From positions 38,882 to 102,881 of the forward strand of contig CAYYJR010000002.1 of the NCBI GenBank assembly GCA_964472305.1: a stretch of DNA of 64,000 nucleotides, read 5' to 3'. Origin of the DNA: an uncultured bacterium. GTDB taxonomy: Bacteria > Armatimonadota > Hebobacteria > CAIYQO01. Below the pieces are notes generated by a model. The model had not been told where the DNA came from. It saw only the letters and a program-made list of their open reading frames with translations, and ran no database searches. Made by a program: the position numbers and the translations under genes. This document shows, in pieces, positions 31,577 to 41,846 of the stretch (within the stretch, counting starts at the first letter, position 1; every line of letters begins with the position of its first letter).

Positions 31577-32635
31577 ATGGCCATCCGCATTCTGCTCGTT
31601 CGTTTGAGTGCCATCGGCGACGTATTGATGGCGTCGCCGGTGCCGGCGGCGTTGCGCGCGGCGTACCCCCGCGCGCACATCTCGTGGATGGTCGAGCCGC
31701 TGGCCGCGCCCTTCGTGCGGATCAATCCTCACGTAGACGACGTCATTGTCTTCGAGCGGAAGAAGACCTGGGGGCGTCTGCTGAGTGAAGGCAAGCTGGC
31801 GCCGTTGCTGCGCGAAGTGCACGCCTTTGCCCGCGAACTTCGCGCGCGGCGCTTCGACATCGCCATCGACTGCCAGGGATTGCTGAAGAGCGGACTGCTC
31901 ACCTGGTTGTCGGGCGCGCCGCGGCGCATCGGTTTTTCTCCTTCACGCGAGATGAACCACCTGTTCCTCACAGAGCCGGTGGCTTATCCACCTCACCCGA
32001 CTCGCCTTAGCCAGCGCTACCTGTCGCTGCTCACCACGCTGGGCATCCCGCTGCACCCGCATCGACTGGTGCTGCCGGTGCCCGCAGCGGAGCGAGAGGC
32101 CGCGCGGGAGTACCTGGCCGGCGCCAGTCTGGCGGACGCGCCCTATGCGGCGTGTTGCATCGCTTCCTCGCGCCCACAAAAAGATTGGGTCTGGGCGCGC
32201 TGGGGCGAGTTGGCCGATCTGTTGTGGGCGCGCGAGGGATTGCGCACGGTGTTTATTGGCGGGCCGGAGCGACGGGTCGATACCTTGCGCCTGGTCGATG
32301 GCTGCACCTCCAGGCCGCTCACCGCGGTCGGGCATACGTCGTTGTTGCAATCCGCCGCCCTGGTGCAGGACGCTGCGGTGGTGGTCGGCACCGATACCGG
32401 CCTGAGTTACGCCGGACTGGCCACCGGCACCCCGCTGGTGGCGCTGTACGGCTCCACCGACCCCACCTGGCTGGCGGAAGAAGACGATACCGCGGTGTGC
32501 TTCCACCCCTTTCCCTGCTCCCCCTGTCACCGCCGTCCAAAATGCAAAGATTTCGACTGCATGCAGGCCATCACCGCGCAGGAAGTGGCCGACGCCTGCG
32601 CCACGCTGCTGGCACGAAAACGGACCAAGGCGTAG
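31577..32635 (+). CDS. GT9 LPS heptosyltransferase family glycosyltransferase
   Basis: ILLVRLSAIGDV, DCQGLLKS, DTG, ALYGST, CSPC...C...CM. Confidence 0.9.
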   Translation: MAIRILLVRLSAIGDVLMASPVPAALRAAYPRAHISWMVEPLAAPFVRINPHVDDVIVFERKKTWGRLLSEGKLAPLLREVHAFARELRARRFDIAIDCQGLLKSGLLTWLSGAPRRIGFSPSREMNHLFLTEPVAYPPHPTRLSQRYLSLLTTLGIPLHPHRLVLPVPAAEREAAREYLAGASLADAPYAACCIASSRPQKDWVWARWGELADLLWAREGLRTVFIGGPERRVDTLRLVDGCTSRPLTAVGHTSLLQSAALVQDAAVVVGTDTGLSYAGLATGTPLVALYGSTDPTWLAEEDDTAVCFHPFPCSPCHRRPKCKDFDCMQAITAQEVADACATLLARKRTKA

Positions 32636-32842
32636 ATGCCGTAGCGAACCACCACGCCGATCCTGCCCGTGTATTGGTCATGCGCACGACCGCCGCACCG
32701 GCAGTAACGGTGCGGTTCAGGTCGACATGCCAGGTACCATGAGATGCAAATTCGTATAACGGCGTAGTACGTGCCACTGAGCCGATCGACAATATACACT
32801 CTCCTGCGTGCCATATGTGTGTAAGATGGCTTCCGTATCGCT

Positions 32843-33829
32843 TCACGCCGCTTGCTGTCCGGGAGGCGCGAACACGGGGCACTTCGGGGCTTTACCCTGC
32901 AGCACCTGAATGATCTGTTCGGTGGCGAGGCGCAACGTGCGCGTGACGCCGCGGCGGGTGTTGGCAGCGATGTGCGGGGCGAGGATGACATTCGGCAGAG
33001 TGAGCAATGGATCGCCGGCAGGCAGCGGTTCCTGTGTGAAGACATCAAGGCCGGCACCGGCGATCCAACCCTCGCGCAGCGCGCGCACCAGTATGTCGGC
33101 CTCCACTAACGCTCCACTCGCCAGGTTGATCAGGTAAGCGGTGGGCTTCATCAATCGCATCCGCTCCTCGTTGAGCAACCCGCGTGTCGCCGCCGTGAGT
33201 GGTACATGCAGCGTGACGAAATCCGCCTCGCGCAGCACATTGTCCAGACTGCCGTATTGCAGGCCCAGCCGTTGCTCGGCGTCCGGATTGCGCCGGGGAT
33301 CGTGATAGAGCACGCGCATGCCGAAACCCAGCGCGCGATGTGCCACCTGCAATCCGATGCGGCCCAGTCCGATAATGGCCAGCGTGCTGCCGTGCACGTC
33401 GACGCCTTGCAGCAGGTAGGGATACCAGAATTCCCACGCGCCTTCGCGGACGAATCGGTCGGCATCGACCACCCGGCGCGCGCAGGCCAGCAACAGCGCC
33501 AGCGCCATGTCGGCCACTGTGTCCGCGGTGGTGGCCGGGGCGTGGCAGACGATGATGCCGCGTTCGACGGCGGCGTCGAGGTCGAGGTGGTCGTAGCCTG
33601 CCGACGCGACAGAGATCACCCGCAGCCGCTTTCCCGCCATAATCACTTCGCGGTCGATGAAGTCGTCACCCATGCATAACAGCGCGTCCGCCTCGCGCAC
33701 GCCGTCCAGCAGCACCGCGCGGGGCACCGGGCGATCGTCATCCCACTGTAGCACGCGTGCCACGCCTTCCAATTGCCGGCGGAAGCCGTTGCGAATTTTA
33801 CGCGTGATGAATACCGTCTGTTCCGCCAT
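32843..33829 (-). CDS. D-2-hydroxyacid dehydrogenase (glyoxylate reductase-like)
   Basis: GLGRIG, DFVTLHVPL, AGLDVF..EP, PHIA. Confidence 0.9.
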   Translation of the reverse strand: MAEQTVFITRKIRNGFRRQLEGVARVLQWDDDRPVPRAVLLDGVREADALLCMGDDFIDREVIMAGKRLRVISVASAGYDHLDLDAAVERGIIVCHAPATTADTVADMALALLLACARRVVDADRFVREGAWEFWYPYLLQGVDVHGSTLAIIGLGRIGLQVAHRALGFGMRVLYHDPRRNPDAEQRLGLQYGSLDNVLREADFVTLHVPLTAATRGLLNEERMRLMKPTAYLINLASGALVEADILVRALREGWIAGAGLDVFTQEPLPAGDPLLTLPNVILAPHIAANTRRGVTRTLRLATEQIIQVLQGKAPKCPVFAPPGQQAA

Positions 33830-33873
33830 GGCATCCCTCCGCGAATCCGCAGATGAAATACCCGCGTACGCGG

Positions 33874-35466
33874 TCACGAACGTACGTGCGTTGTTGCGGT
33901 CTCGGACGATTTTCGCCGGGGACGATAACCGGCGAGCAGCAACACCGCCAGCAGGCAGGCCGGCCCAAATCGCCACCCACCCGCCGTATTCGGCGTCCCA
34001 GGGGTGCCGGCGGGCAGGAAGCGCGTGCGGGTGCCGGCGGTATACGTGGGAATTGCCTCGAGGATGCCGCCATCCGGGGTGATGAAGCCGGAGATGCCGG
34101 TGCTGGCCGCGCGGGCGACGGGCAACCCGGTCTCCAGCGCGCGAAACCGCGCGTGGGTAAAGTGCTGGCGCACCGCTCCGGTCTGGTGAAACCAGGCGTC
34201 ATTGGTGGTATAGACTAACAGTCGTGCACCTTGGCGCGCATATTCGCGGGCGATGTCGGCAAAGGTGGATTCAAAGCAAATGCCTACGCCGAACGGCACA
34301 CCCGTGCTGCGCAGCACGTCGCGCGTGTGGCCCGCGATAAGGTCGGTGTCGCGCGCGCCGTATTGCTCGACCACGTACCGGCGCAGCCGCGGCGGCAGCG
34401 GCACGAATTCCCCGAACGGCACCAGGTGAATTTTGCTGTAGATTTCGCGTGTCGCTCCGCGCGGATCGAGCAGATAGGCGGAGTTGGCAAAACCGTCGCC
34501 GGCATCGGACGGATACGACGGCGCACCGGCCAGCAGATAGCTGTTGGTACTGAAGCAGAAGTTCGCAATCTCCGGCTCATCCGGTATGTCGCGCAGCGCG
34601 CTTTCCGGCCACACCACCAGCGTGGCGTGCCCCGGCGCATCGCCCGGCGCGCGCGCCGCCTGGTATGACAACGCCATCAGTTGCCGGAACCGGTTCCGGC
34701 TTTCCACCTCGCTGATCCCGGTGTGCAGCGCCTCCGGAGTCAATCCGCGCAGCACGTTGGGCTGCACCACTCCCACGCGCAGGCCGTCGGTCTGTTCGCA
34801 CCAACGGTCCATCGTCGCGCGCACCTGCAGATGCCCGACCAGCAGGCAAATGCCCAACGCCGCCAGGCCGGCGGGCAGCATCCAGCGTGGCGCCGTGCGG
34901 TCGCACAGGCGTTGCACGACACCCCCGCTCACCCACAACAGCAGGAACGTAATGAGCGGTACTCCGCCCAGCGCGGCAATGACGGCCAACGGGCCATCCA
35001 CCTGGCTGGCGCCCAGTTCCGACCACGCCAGTCCGAACTGACCGTGTCCGCGCAACCACTCCACCCCGGTGAAGGCCAGCGCGAAGGTCAACGGCAGCAG
35101 CGCGGGGGCGAGACGCACGCGTTGCGCCAGCCAGAGTGCCGCCAGCGGCGTGAGCGCCATCGCCAGCGACAAACCGATCCACGGGAGGATGCCGAACAAC
35201 CGCACCCACGCCAGCGTGCCGAGGTAGAATGCCGCGCCGAACCACCACAGCGCCCCGTGCGCCTTGCGGGCGGGCAACGTCAACAGCGCCCACCACAACG
35301 GCGCCAGCGCGATCCATGCGACGAGGAACGACGGCCGATCGCCAACGGCGCCCGGCAACTCATTGGGAAAGCCCAGCGCAAGCACCAATCCGGCAAGCGG
35401 CAGCAGGCTCCACCGCATGACGGCGGCGTGGGTGGAGCGAGTCGGCGCTTCGCTACTTGATGACAT
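33874..35466 (-). CDS. lnt: Apolipoprotein N-acyltransferase
   Basis: TM helices, VQPN, VWPES, KIHLVPFGE, GICFE, TNDAWF. Confidence 0.93.
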   Translation of the reverse strand: MSSSSEAPTRSTHAAVMRWSLLPLAGLVLALGFPNELPGAVGDRPSFLVAWIALAPLWWALLTLPARKAHGALWWFGAAFYLGTLAWVRLFGILPWIGLSLAMALTPLAALWLAQRVRLAPALLPLTFALAFTGVEWLRGHGQFGLAWSELGASQVDGPLAVIAALGGVPLITFLLLWVSGGVVQRLCDRTAPRWMLPAGLAALGICLLVGHLQVRATMDRWCEQTDGLRVGVVQPNVLRGLTPEALHTGISEVESRNRFRQLMALSYQAARAPGDAPGHATLVVWPESALRDIPDEPEIANFCFSTNSYLLAGAPSYPSDAGDGFANSAYLLDPRGATREIYSKIHLVPFGEFVPLPPRLRRYVVEQYGARDTDLIAGHTRDVLRSTGVPFGVGICFESTFADIAREYARQGARLLVYTTNDAWFHQTGAVRQHFTHARFRALETGLPVARAASTGISGFITPDGGILEAIPTYTAGTRTRFLPAGTPGTPNTAGGWRFGPACLLAVLLLAGYRPRRKSSETATTHVRS

Positions 35467-35539
35467 GGCAGGAGACATATGGCTATAATACGGATAATGT
35501 AGTGAAAATCCTTGTTCCCGGTATGGTGATGGAGTAATC

Positions 35540-36241
35540 ATGCGCAGTGTATCCTGGCTTGGAGTCATGTCGGTCGTGCTGCTGCCGCTGTTTGCGGGGT
35601 GCGCGCGCTTTCCGACGACCGAGACACCCAGCGGCGCCCCCCCGCGGACGCTCTACAGCGAAATCACCGTGGCCGGCGAGATCAATCCGACATACTATTA
35701 TTTCCTCGCCATCGACACCGATGGCAACCAGGTCGACGGACCGGTGCCGGTGGTGACGGGACCGGAACTCGGCAACGGATGGGGCACCATCTCCGGTCTG
35801 GGGCCCAACGATCCGATTCAGGAGCCCCCCTTTTATGTCATGTATCACAACGGCACCTTCGAACAATTTCGCAACGGCATCCCGCTGGGCCGGCCGTTCA
35901 ACGCTGAGGTGTCGCAGGATCGCAAGCGCATCATACTGGAGATCGACCAGCGCGTGCTGGCACCCACCGGCACGGCGTTGCCGTCCATCGTGCAACTGAA
36001 CTGGATCACGATGCCCGACCTGACCATTCCCCCGCAGAACGTCGGATTCATCAAAGAGTATGACGGCATCGGCCCCAGCGGCAATAATTACCTGGACACC
36101 ATCCCACTGACGCAGTCGTGGATACGTTATAGCGGTGATGAATACGGCACGCCACTGGAACTGCCGAACGACACCACCACCACTGCCGATATCGATTTGA
36201 TTGGCTGGCGCGTCGAGATCCGTCTGCTCGCGGGAGGGTAG
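35540..36241 (+). CDS. Hypothetical lipoprotein
   Basis: Signal peptide with lipobox FAGC; beta-rich; DTDGN motif. Confidence 0.75.
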   Translation: MRSVSWLGVMSVVLLPLFAGCARFPTTETPSGAPPRTLYSEITVAGEINPTYYYFLAIDTDGNQVDGPVPVVTGPELGNGWGTISGLGPNDPIQEPPFYVMYHNGTFEQFRNGIPLGRPFNAEVSQDRKRIILEIDQRVLAPTGTALPSIVQLNWITMPDLTIPPQNVGFIKEYDGIGPSGNNYLDTIPLTQSWIRYSGDEYGTPLELPNDTTTTADIDLIGWRVEIRLLAGG

Positions 36242-36336
36242 CAGTGGATTATCGGTGAGGGTGCACCGCCGTGTCCCGGCGATCAACCGACAGCCGACCG
36301 AACGATATCGCGTCGGCGGAATGTTTATACAGAGGC

Positions 36337-36358
36337 AAAAAAGCCGGATTCGTCCGGC
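36337..36358 (-). terminator. Intrinsic terminator on the minus strand
   Basis: Minus strand reads GCCGGA-cgaa-TCCGGC-TTTTTT. Confidence 0.55.
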
Positions 36359-36499
36359 ATCTGTCTGTCGTTCGGTCCTTGCGGATTGAGAGACGGCAGG
36401 ATCAACGCCGCGAGATGACCGGCGCGAAAGAGGAATACTCCTGTCTCTCGCGAATACTATTCGATAAATTACTTGATCCAACCTGGGAAAGGAACGACA

Positions 36500-37123
36500 A
36501 TGATGCAGACCTCCCGATGGATGCTCCCGGTATTGGCGCTGGCACTGCCCCTGCTGTGCCGCGCGATCCCGACTGGCTTGAACGTGATGCCGACCGCGGA
36601 AACGCTGGGCATCGCCACTGCGCGGGTCGACTACGAATCGAGCGGCAGTGGTAAGTTGTATGTCCCCTCCGGCGCCACGATCTATGGCACGCAGTTCGGC
36701 ATGATCCTGGGCATCGAAGGCGGCATGGACCGCGTGACCGATCGCGGCACCGTGTATAACTTTAAGTTTCGCTTCTTCCCCGACACGCTGGTGATACCGG
36801 CGATGGCGATAGGCGCGCAGAATATCGTGAACGGTCAGAAGCCCCAGTATTACCTGGTCACCACCAAATCGCTGCTGCTGGCGAAAGTCTCTGCCGGCGT
36901 GATGCGCACGGAGGGTAACACACTGAGCATGCTGGGCGCCAGTGCGGGGATGGGACCGTTCATCCTGAAAGCTGACCGCATTATGACCGGCGGGCATCAG
37001 CGCACGTCGGGTAGCATCGGCTTTTCATTGAAGGGTATCACCTTCACGGGCACCGCCTACGACATTAAAGATGCGCCGAACGAGCGGACACTGACAGTCA
37101 GCTACATGCAAAACGCATTCTGA
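36500..37123 (+). CDS. Hypothetical secreted, probable small outer-membrane beta-barrel
   Basis: Signal peptide, PTGL..MPTA, amphipathic strands, C-terminal Phe; AAGGA RBS. Confidence 0.7.
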   Translation: MMQTSRWMLPVLALALPLLCRAIPTGLNVMPTAETLGIATARVDYESSGSGKLYVPSGATIYGTQFGMILGIEGGMDRVTDRGTVYNFKFRFFPDTLVIPAMAIGAQNIVNGQKPQYYLVTTKSLLLAKVSAGVMRTEGNTLSMLGASAGMGPFILKADRIMTGGHQRTSGSIGFSLKGITFTGTAYDIKDAPNERTLTVSYMQNAF

Positions 37124-37199
37124 CATCGCCGCGCGGCGACTAACCTGCCGCCCCGGCCCGCACGGGCCGGGGCACCCATCCACAACGAGGATTCGCGTA

Positions 37200-38840
37200 T
37201 TGCTCCCCGAACATCTCGATCTATCTCAGCATCGCTGTACGGTGCATGAGAGCACGCTGGCCGGCACCCGTTCTCTCGTGCTCGACAACGGCGTGTTACG
37301 GCTGTCACTGTTGCCCGAATATGGCGGACGATTATGCAGCCTGTATTACCGCCCGTTAAGCCTGGAGCTGTTGGCGACGGAGTTATCCCACGACGCGCGA
37401 AAAACGCTGCACGTGCGCGGCGGGTGGTGTGCGGCCTTCCCCTCGCTGCTGGCCGACGGCGAAATCATTTCACATCTGGATTGGGAAGCGGAGATTGTCG
37501 AGCAATCAGACGAGCGGGTGACGCTGCGCGCATGGTGCCTGGTCGACCGGGTGTCGCATTCCCTCGAAGGCCGCGTGCGAGTGACGCCGGGCACGATTCT
37601 GGTGGAGCGTTTCATTCGCATGCAGGCGGGCGAGTCGGCGGTGATCGTCGAGGATGTGCTGACGAATCGCAATATGTGGCCGCTGCCGACCACCTGGTCG
37701 GGCGTCGTCTCGCTGCGCGCGCGCGCCGGCGACCGCGCGGTGCTGCCGGTGGAGAGCGTGGAGGTGCAGCGCGGTGTCGGGCCCAGCGGCAACGAGTTGG
37801 ATTTCGGCCTGCTGGTCACTACCCCGTACCAGGCGATCGCGCGTGACCTGCGCGAAGGCTGGCTCGGTTTCCGCCTGTCCGCCGCCCCCGTCGATCTGCG
37901 GTTGACCTTCCCGAAGGAATGGTTGCCGCACGCGGTAATCGTCGCCCAGCGCGACGATCAGCACCCGGCGGAAGACGCCTTCCGTTTCCAACCGCTGGCT
38001 ACCACGGCGCCCATCGCCGACGATACCCGCGGCGGCGCGTTGCTGCTGCCGCCGAAACAGCCGTTCAGCCTGCCGTTGCGGCTGGAGGTCGGTGCGGGCA
38101 TCCTCACCGGCGGCGCATGGAGCCGTCCCGGCCTGCAACTCGCGGAGTTGATTATCGGCCAGCGCGTGCCGCCCGGCCGGGTGGCGGTGTGGCGCATCGG
38201 CCACCGCGCGCTGGCGCTGAAATCGCATCGCCATCTGGTGCTGGCGATGCCGGAATTCGATGGTGATAACCTGCTAACGCCGGAAGACCTGCCCGCCGAC
38301 CTGATCCTGTGTGCCGACGCGCCGGCACGCACGGTGCTGTCGCAACTGGCGCAACGCACCGCCGCGCGCTTCATCGGTCCGGCCAAACTGCGCCAATTGC
38401 TGCTCAGCGACGGCGTGGGGGAAGACCGTTCGATCTCGCTTTCGCCCGGCGCGCGGGTGGACCTGCCCGGCCTGGGCATTCTCGCCACCCCGGCGCGGCA
38501 AAACGATGCAAGCGAGCGTCTCGGTTACCTGCTGCACATGGATCACCTGTCACTGTATCATACCGGGCCGACACAATTCCTCGGTGAATTCGGCCCCATC
38601 GGCGAACAGTTCCACCCGCAACTGGTGCTGCTGCCGGTGGGCGGTGAAATGACGATGACCGATGCCGTGAACGGGGCGAAGCAATTGCAACCGCGCGTGG
38701 TGATCCCACTCGGCACGGAAGCGGCGGAACATGACTTCACCGAGCGCTGCCGCGCCCAACATGTGTCGTTCGCCACCCGCATCCTGCACCAGGCCGAGGG
38801 CGCCTTCTTCGACGGGTATCGGTTGCTGCCGCTGGTGTAA
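37200..38840 (+). CDS. Aldose-epimerase-like beta-sandwich fused to a degenerate MBL-fold domain
   Basis: LDNGVLRLSLLPEYGGRLCSL...GGW at the N-terminus; LGYLL...LYHTGPT...LLPVGG...AKQLQPRVVIP at the C-terminus. Confidence 0.72.
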   Translation: MLPEHLDLSQHRCTVHESTLAGTRSLVLDNGVLRLSLLPEYGGRLCSLYYRPLSLELLATELSHDARKTLHVRGGWCAAFPSLLADGEIISHLDWEAEIVEQSDERVTLRAWCLVDRVSHSLEGRVRVTPGTILVERFIRMQAGESAVIVEDVLTNRNMWPLPTTWSGVVSLRARAGDRAVLPVESVEVQRGVGPSGNELDFGLLVTTPYQAIARDLREGWLGFRLSAAPVDLRLTFPKEWLPHAVIVAQRDDQHPAEDAFRFQPLATTAPIADDTRGGALLLPPKQPFSLPLRLEVGAGILTGGAWSRPGLQLAELIIGQRVPPGRVAVWRIGHRALALKSHRHLVLAMPEFDGDNLLTPEDLPADLILCADAPARTVLSQLAQRTAARFIGPAKLRQLLLSDGVGEDRSISLSPGARVDLPGLGILATPARQNDASERLGYLLHMDHLSLYHTGPTQFLGEFGPIGEQFHPQLVLLPVGGEMTMTDAVNGAKQLQPRVVIPLGTEAAEHDFTERCRAQHVSFATRILHQAEGAFFDGYRLLPLV

Positions 38841-38939
38841 ACATCGGTACCCCACCCACGATAGGAATATCTTGCCATGGAGTGCACGACCGATCGCGAT
38901 ACGACGCAGACTGACACGCAACGCCGGCGTATACATGTT

Positions 38940-39653
38940 ATGCCGCGCATCTTCCTCTGGCTGTTGCTGATTTCGTGCGTGCTTTATCTCCTCTCCAGTA
39001 CGTTTCGTTTCGTTCGCCTCATTCACCTCATGACGCTGGCATGGGGTCTGTTGACTGCCGGCAGGTACCTGGTGCTCCTGCTGCGCACGAGTCGGATGGC
39101 GCGCCTGCCCGTACTGCCCCTCGCGATAGGACTGGCGGCCTGGGTGCATTTTGCAGATCGTCCGCCCGATATCGATTCATTGCGCGCGGCTTATGTCGCG
39201 CGGTTACGTTCATTCGAACACACACGGTATATCTGGGGTGGTGAGAGCCACGCCGGTATCGACTGTTCAGGCCTGGCGCGTATCGCGCTGTGCGAGGCGA
39301 TGATCGTGCGCGGCGTCCGCGAGATGAACCCGCGGTTGTTCGGACCACAGTTGTGGGCGTTCTGGTGGCATGACGTGAGCGCGAGTATGATGCGCGACGG
39401 TGCCTATGCCTACACCATGCCCCGCGGTCACGCGTTGGCGTTGGCAAGCTACATGGACGCGGGTCTGCTTCCCGGTGACCTGGCGGTGACCGACAGCGGT
39501 GTGCATGTACTGATTTCTCTCGGGCAGGATCGCTGGATCGAAGCCAACCCGGACGATCACCGGGTGGTCATCAACGCAGCTTCCGCCAGCCCTCAGCGTG
39601 CATATTTTCAGGTGCCGGTCACCATCATGCGCTGGACAATGCTTGCGCAGTAA
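38940..39653 (+). CDS. Membrane-anchored NlpC/P60 family protein
   Basis: YIWGGE...IDCSGL, PGDL, HV; N-terminal TM segments. Confidence 0.8.
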   Translation: MPRIFLWLLLISCVLYLLSSTFRFVRLIHLMTLAWGLLTAGRYLVLLLRTSRMARLPVLPLAIGLAAWVHFADRPPDIDSLRAAYVARLRSFEHTRYIWGGESHAGIDCSGLARIALCEAMIVRGVREMNPRLFGPQLWAFWWHDVSASMMRDGAYAYTMPRGHALALASYMDAGLLPGDLAVTDSGVHVLISLGQDRWIEANPDDHRVVINAASASPQRAYFQVPVTIMRWTMLAQ

Positions 39654-39747
39654 CGCAGGACATCAAAGCCATGTCGTGCTGGCTCTTCACCCCATGCCTT
39701 GATTCGCGCTCCTGACGCATTTGCCAACAATCAGGTACAATGTCCTC

Positions 39748-40662
39748 ATGGTGACCGCACCACTCTACATCGGCACATCCGGCTGGTCGTATCCATCGGG
39801 ATACGGCAAATGGTCGGGCATCTTCTACCCGCGGCGCTGGGCGGGCGACGAACTGGCCTATTACGCCGAGCGTTTCAACGCGGTCGAAGTGAACGCGACG
39901 TTCTATCGCCTGCCCGCGCTCGAGACGGTGCGCGGTTGGGTGCGGCGGACAACGGCGGGCTTTCGCTTCGCGGTGAAGCTGTTCCGCAAGTTTACCCATC
40001 CCGACTTCTACGCCCGCGAGGAAGGACAGTCGCCGGAGATCACCGCGGAGGATGTGGCGGCGATGCGCGGGGTGCTGGACGTGCTGGCAGAGGAGGGCCG
40101 GCTGGGAGCGGTGTTGGTGCAGTATCCGGAGTTCTTTCACCAGCGCGAGGCGAATATCACGATGCTGGCACGCACGCTGGATGCCTTTCGCGACTATCCG
40201 CTGGCGGTGGAACTGCGCCACACGAGTTGGGAGAACGCGCGCACCCGCGCATTGCTGAGCGAGCGCCACGCCGCCTTCGCGCGCATCGATGAGCCGTGTT
40301 TCTCCAACCTGGATGCCCCCGACGCGGCGAAGGAACGGCTGTCCTATTGGCGCTTTCATGGCCGCAACGCCGACGCGTGGCGCACCCCCGGCGCGGGACA
40401 CGGGCGCTACGATTACCAGTATACGCCGGACGAGGTTGACGCGCTGGCGGAGTTGATCGCCCGCCGCCTGCAGTCCGACCGTCCGATGTATCTGTTCTTC
40501 AATAATCACCCTGGCGGCAAAGCCGCCGCCAATGCCGTTTCCCTCGCCGCGCGGCTGAAACAGCCGCTGCCATATGCTAAATTTTCCCTGCTCGCGAAGA
40601 CCTTCCCTGAATTGAAACCGCTCACCGGCGAGGCCGGCGGGCAGCGGAGTTTGTTGGAGTAA
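39748..40662 (+). CDS. DUF72 (YecE-like) protein
   Basis: YIGTSGWSY, VEVNATFY, VELRH, RFHGRN, YDYQY, FFNN. Confidence 0.93.
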   Translation: MVTAPLYIGTSGWSYPSGYGKWSGIFYPRRWAGDELAYYAERFNAVEVNATFYRLPALETVRGWVRRTTAGFRFAVKLFRKFTHPDFYAREEGQSPEITAEDVAAMRGVLDVLAEEGRLGAVLVQYPEFFHQREANITMLARTLDAFRDYPLAVELRHTSWENARTRALLSERHAAFARIDEPCFSNLDAPDAAKERLSYWRFHGRNADAWRTPGAGHGRYDYQYTPDEVDALAELIARRLQSDRPMYLFFNNHPGGKAAANAVSLAARLKQPLPYAKFSLLAKTFPELKPLTGEAGGQRSLLE

Positions 40663-40761
40663 CGAGTGGTGAAAGTGTTGAGGCGTTGCGTGCAAGGTTG
40701 CCGACGTGCGATTGCTCCTCACAGTTCGAGTGCCCATGCGGGAGGATACGAGTGGCCATGC

Positions 40762-41688
40762 TTACGGCGTCGCGGGTATTGGGGCGGTGGGTGCCGGTTG
40801 CGCGACGGGCGGCACGGGGTTGATGTCGCGGATTTCGCTGATGCCGGTGAGTTTGCCGAACGCGTCGAAGGTGAGGTTCACCGTGATTACCCCGGTGAAG
40901 CCGCAGGTGGGATCGACCACCGCCCGGCCGGCACCGCGCCAGCCGTTCACGCTGCTCACCACCGACTGGCGGTATGTCACCTGCAGGCTGTCAGCCGGGA
41001 TGGTGAAGCGCAGATTTTGCTCGATGGCGAATTCCTGCGTCAGGCGCAACCAGGCGACTACGGCATCGCGCACCGGTGCTTCATCATCGGGGAGCACGGC
41101 AGCCAGCGTGCCGAAGAAGATACCCTCCAGATCCTTGGGTGTGGTCAGTTGCTTCAGCAGACCGTCTCTTTGCACCACGAACAGGTTGCACGAACGCAAC
41201 GGCAGCGGAGCCGTGGCGGGCAGGCGCATGCTGTAAAATAATTGCGCGGGAAAGACACGTTCTACCGTGTCGTCGCTCACGCGTTGCGGGAGCACGGGTA
41301 ATTGATAGCGGTCACCGTCAGCGGTCTTCACCCTGGCGGTCCATTCGGCAATACGTTTGGTCGGCGGCCATCCCCAGTTCAACCGGATGATCGCGCCGTC
41401 CAGCACGTCCATGCTGTCGCGGATCATCTGTCGATCGGTATCGGTCCGCGCCTGGCCCAGCGCATCGCGTTGATGCGCCAGCGCCTGTCGCAACGCCGGC
41501 AGGATCGCCGGACCTTCAGCCGCAAGCGCCTCCTCGACGGTCGCCATCGAGTCACGCGCGGGTGTCAACGTCGCGAGCAACGCCGTGATGCGCGCCGCCG
41601 GATCAGACGTGGGCGCCTCTTCCGCGTACAACCGCCACGGCGCCGCCAGCAGGAGCATGAATACCAGGAGAACTGATGCACGCACCAT
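40762..41688 (-). CDS. Hypothetical secreted protein
   Basis: Signal peptide, helical N-terminal part, Pro-rich tail. Confidence 0.65.
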   Translation of the reverse strand: MVRASVLLVFMLLLAAPWRLYAEEAPTSDPAARITALLATLTPARDSMATVEEALAAEGPAILPALRQALAHQRDALGQARTDTDRQMIRDSMDVLDGAIIRLNWGWPPTKRIAEWTARVKTADGDRYQLPVLPQRVSDDTVERVFPAQLFYSMRLPATAPLPLRSCNLFVVQRDGLLKQLTTPKDLEGIFFGTLAAVLPDDEAPVRDAVVAWLRLTQEFAIEQNLRFTIPADSLQVTYRQSVVSSVNGWRGAGRAVVDPTCGFTGVITVNLTFDAFGKLTGISEIRDINPVPPVAQPAPTAPIPATP

Positions 41689-41846
41689 GACCGTCCCTTG
41701 TCAACGAAACCTTTTCATTGTACTACGCCCGGACGGAAAAAAGAGCGAACCTCAATATTATTTTCGCTCCTCTCCTTCCATTACAGCCGTTCCGGCAGCT
41801 TCGGCGCATGGGCGCGGGTGGTAGGATGAGGGCCGCGGGAGCCTGT

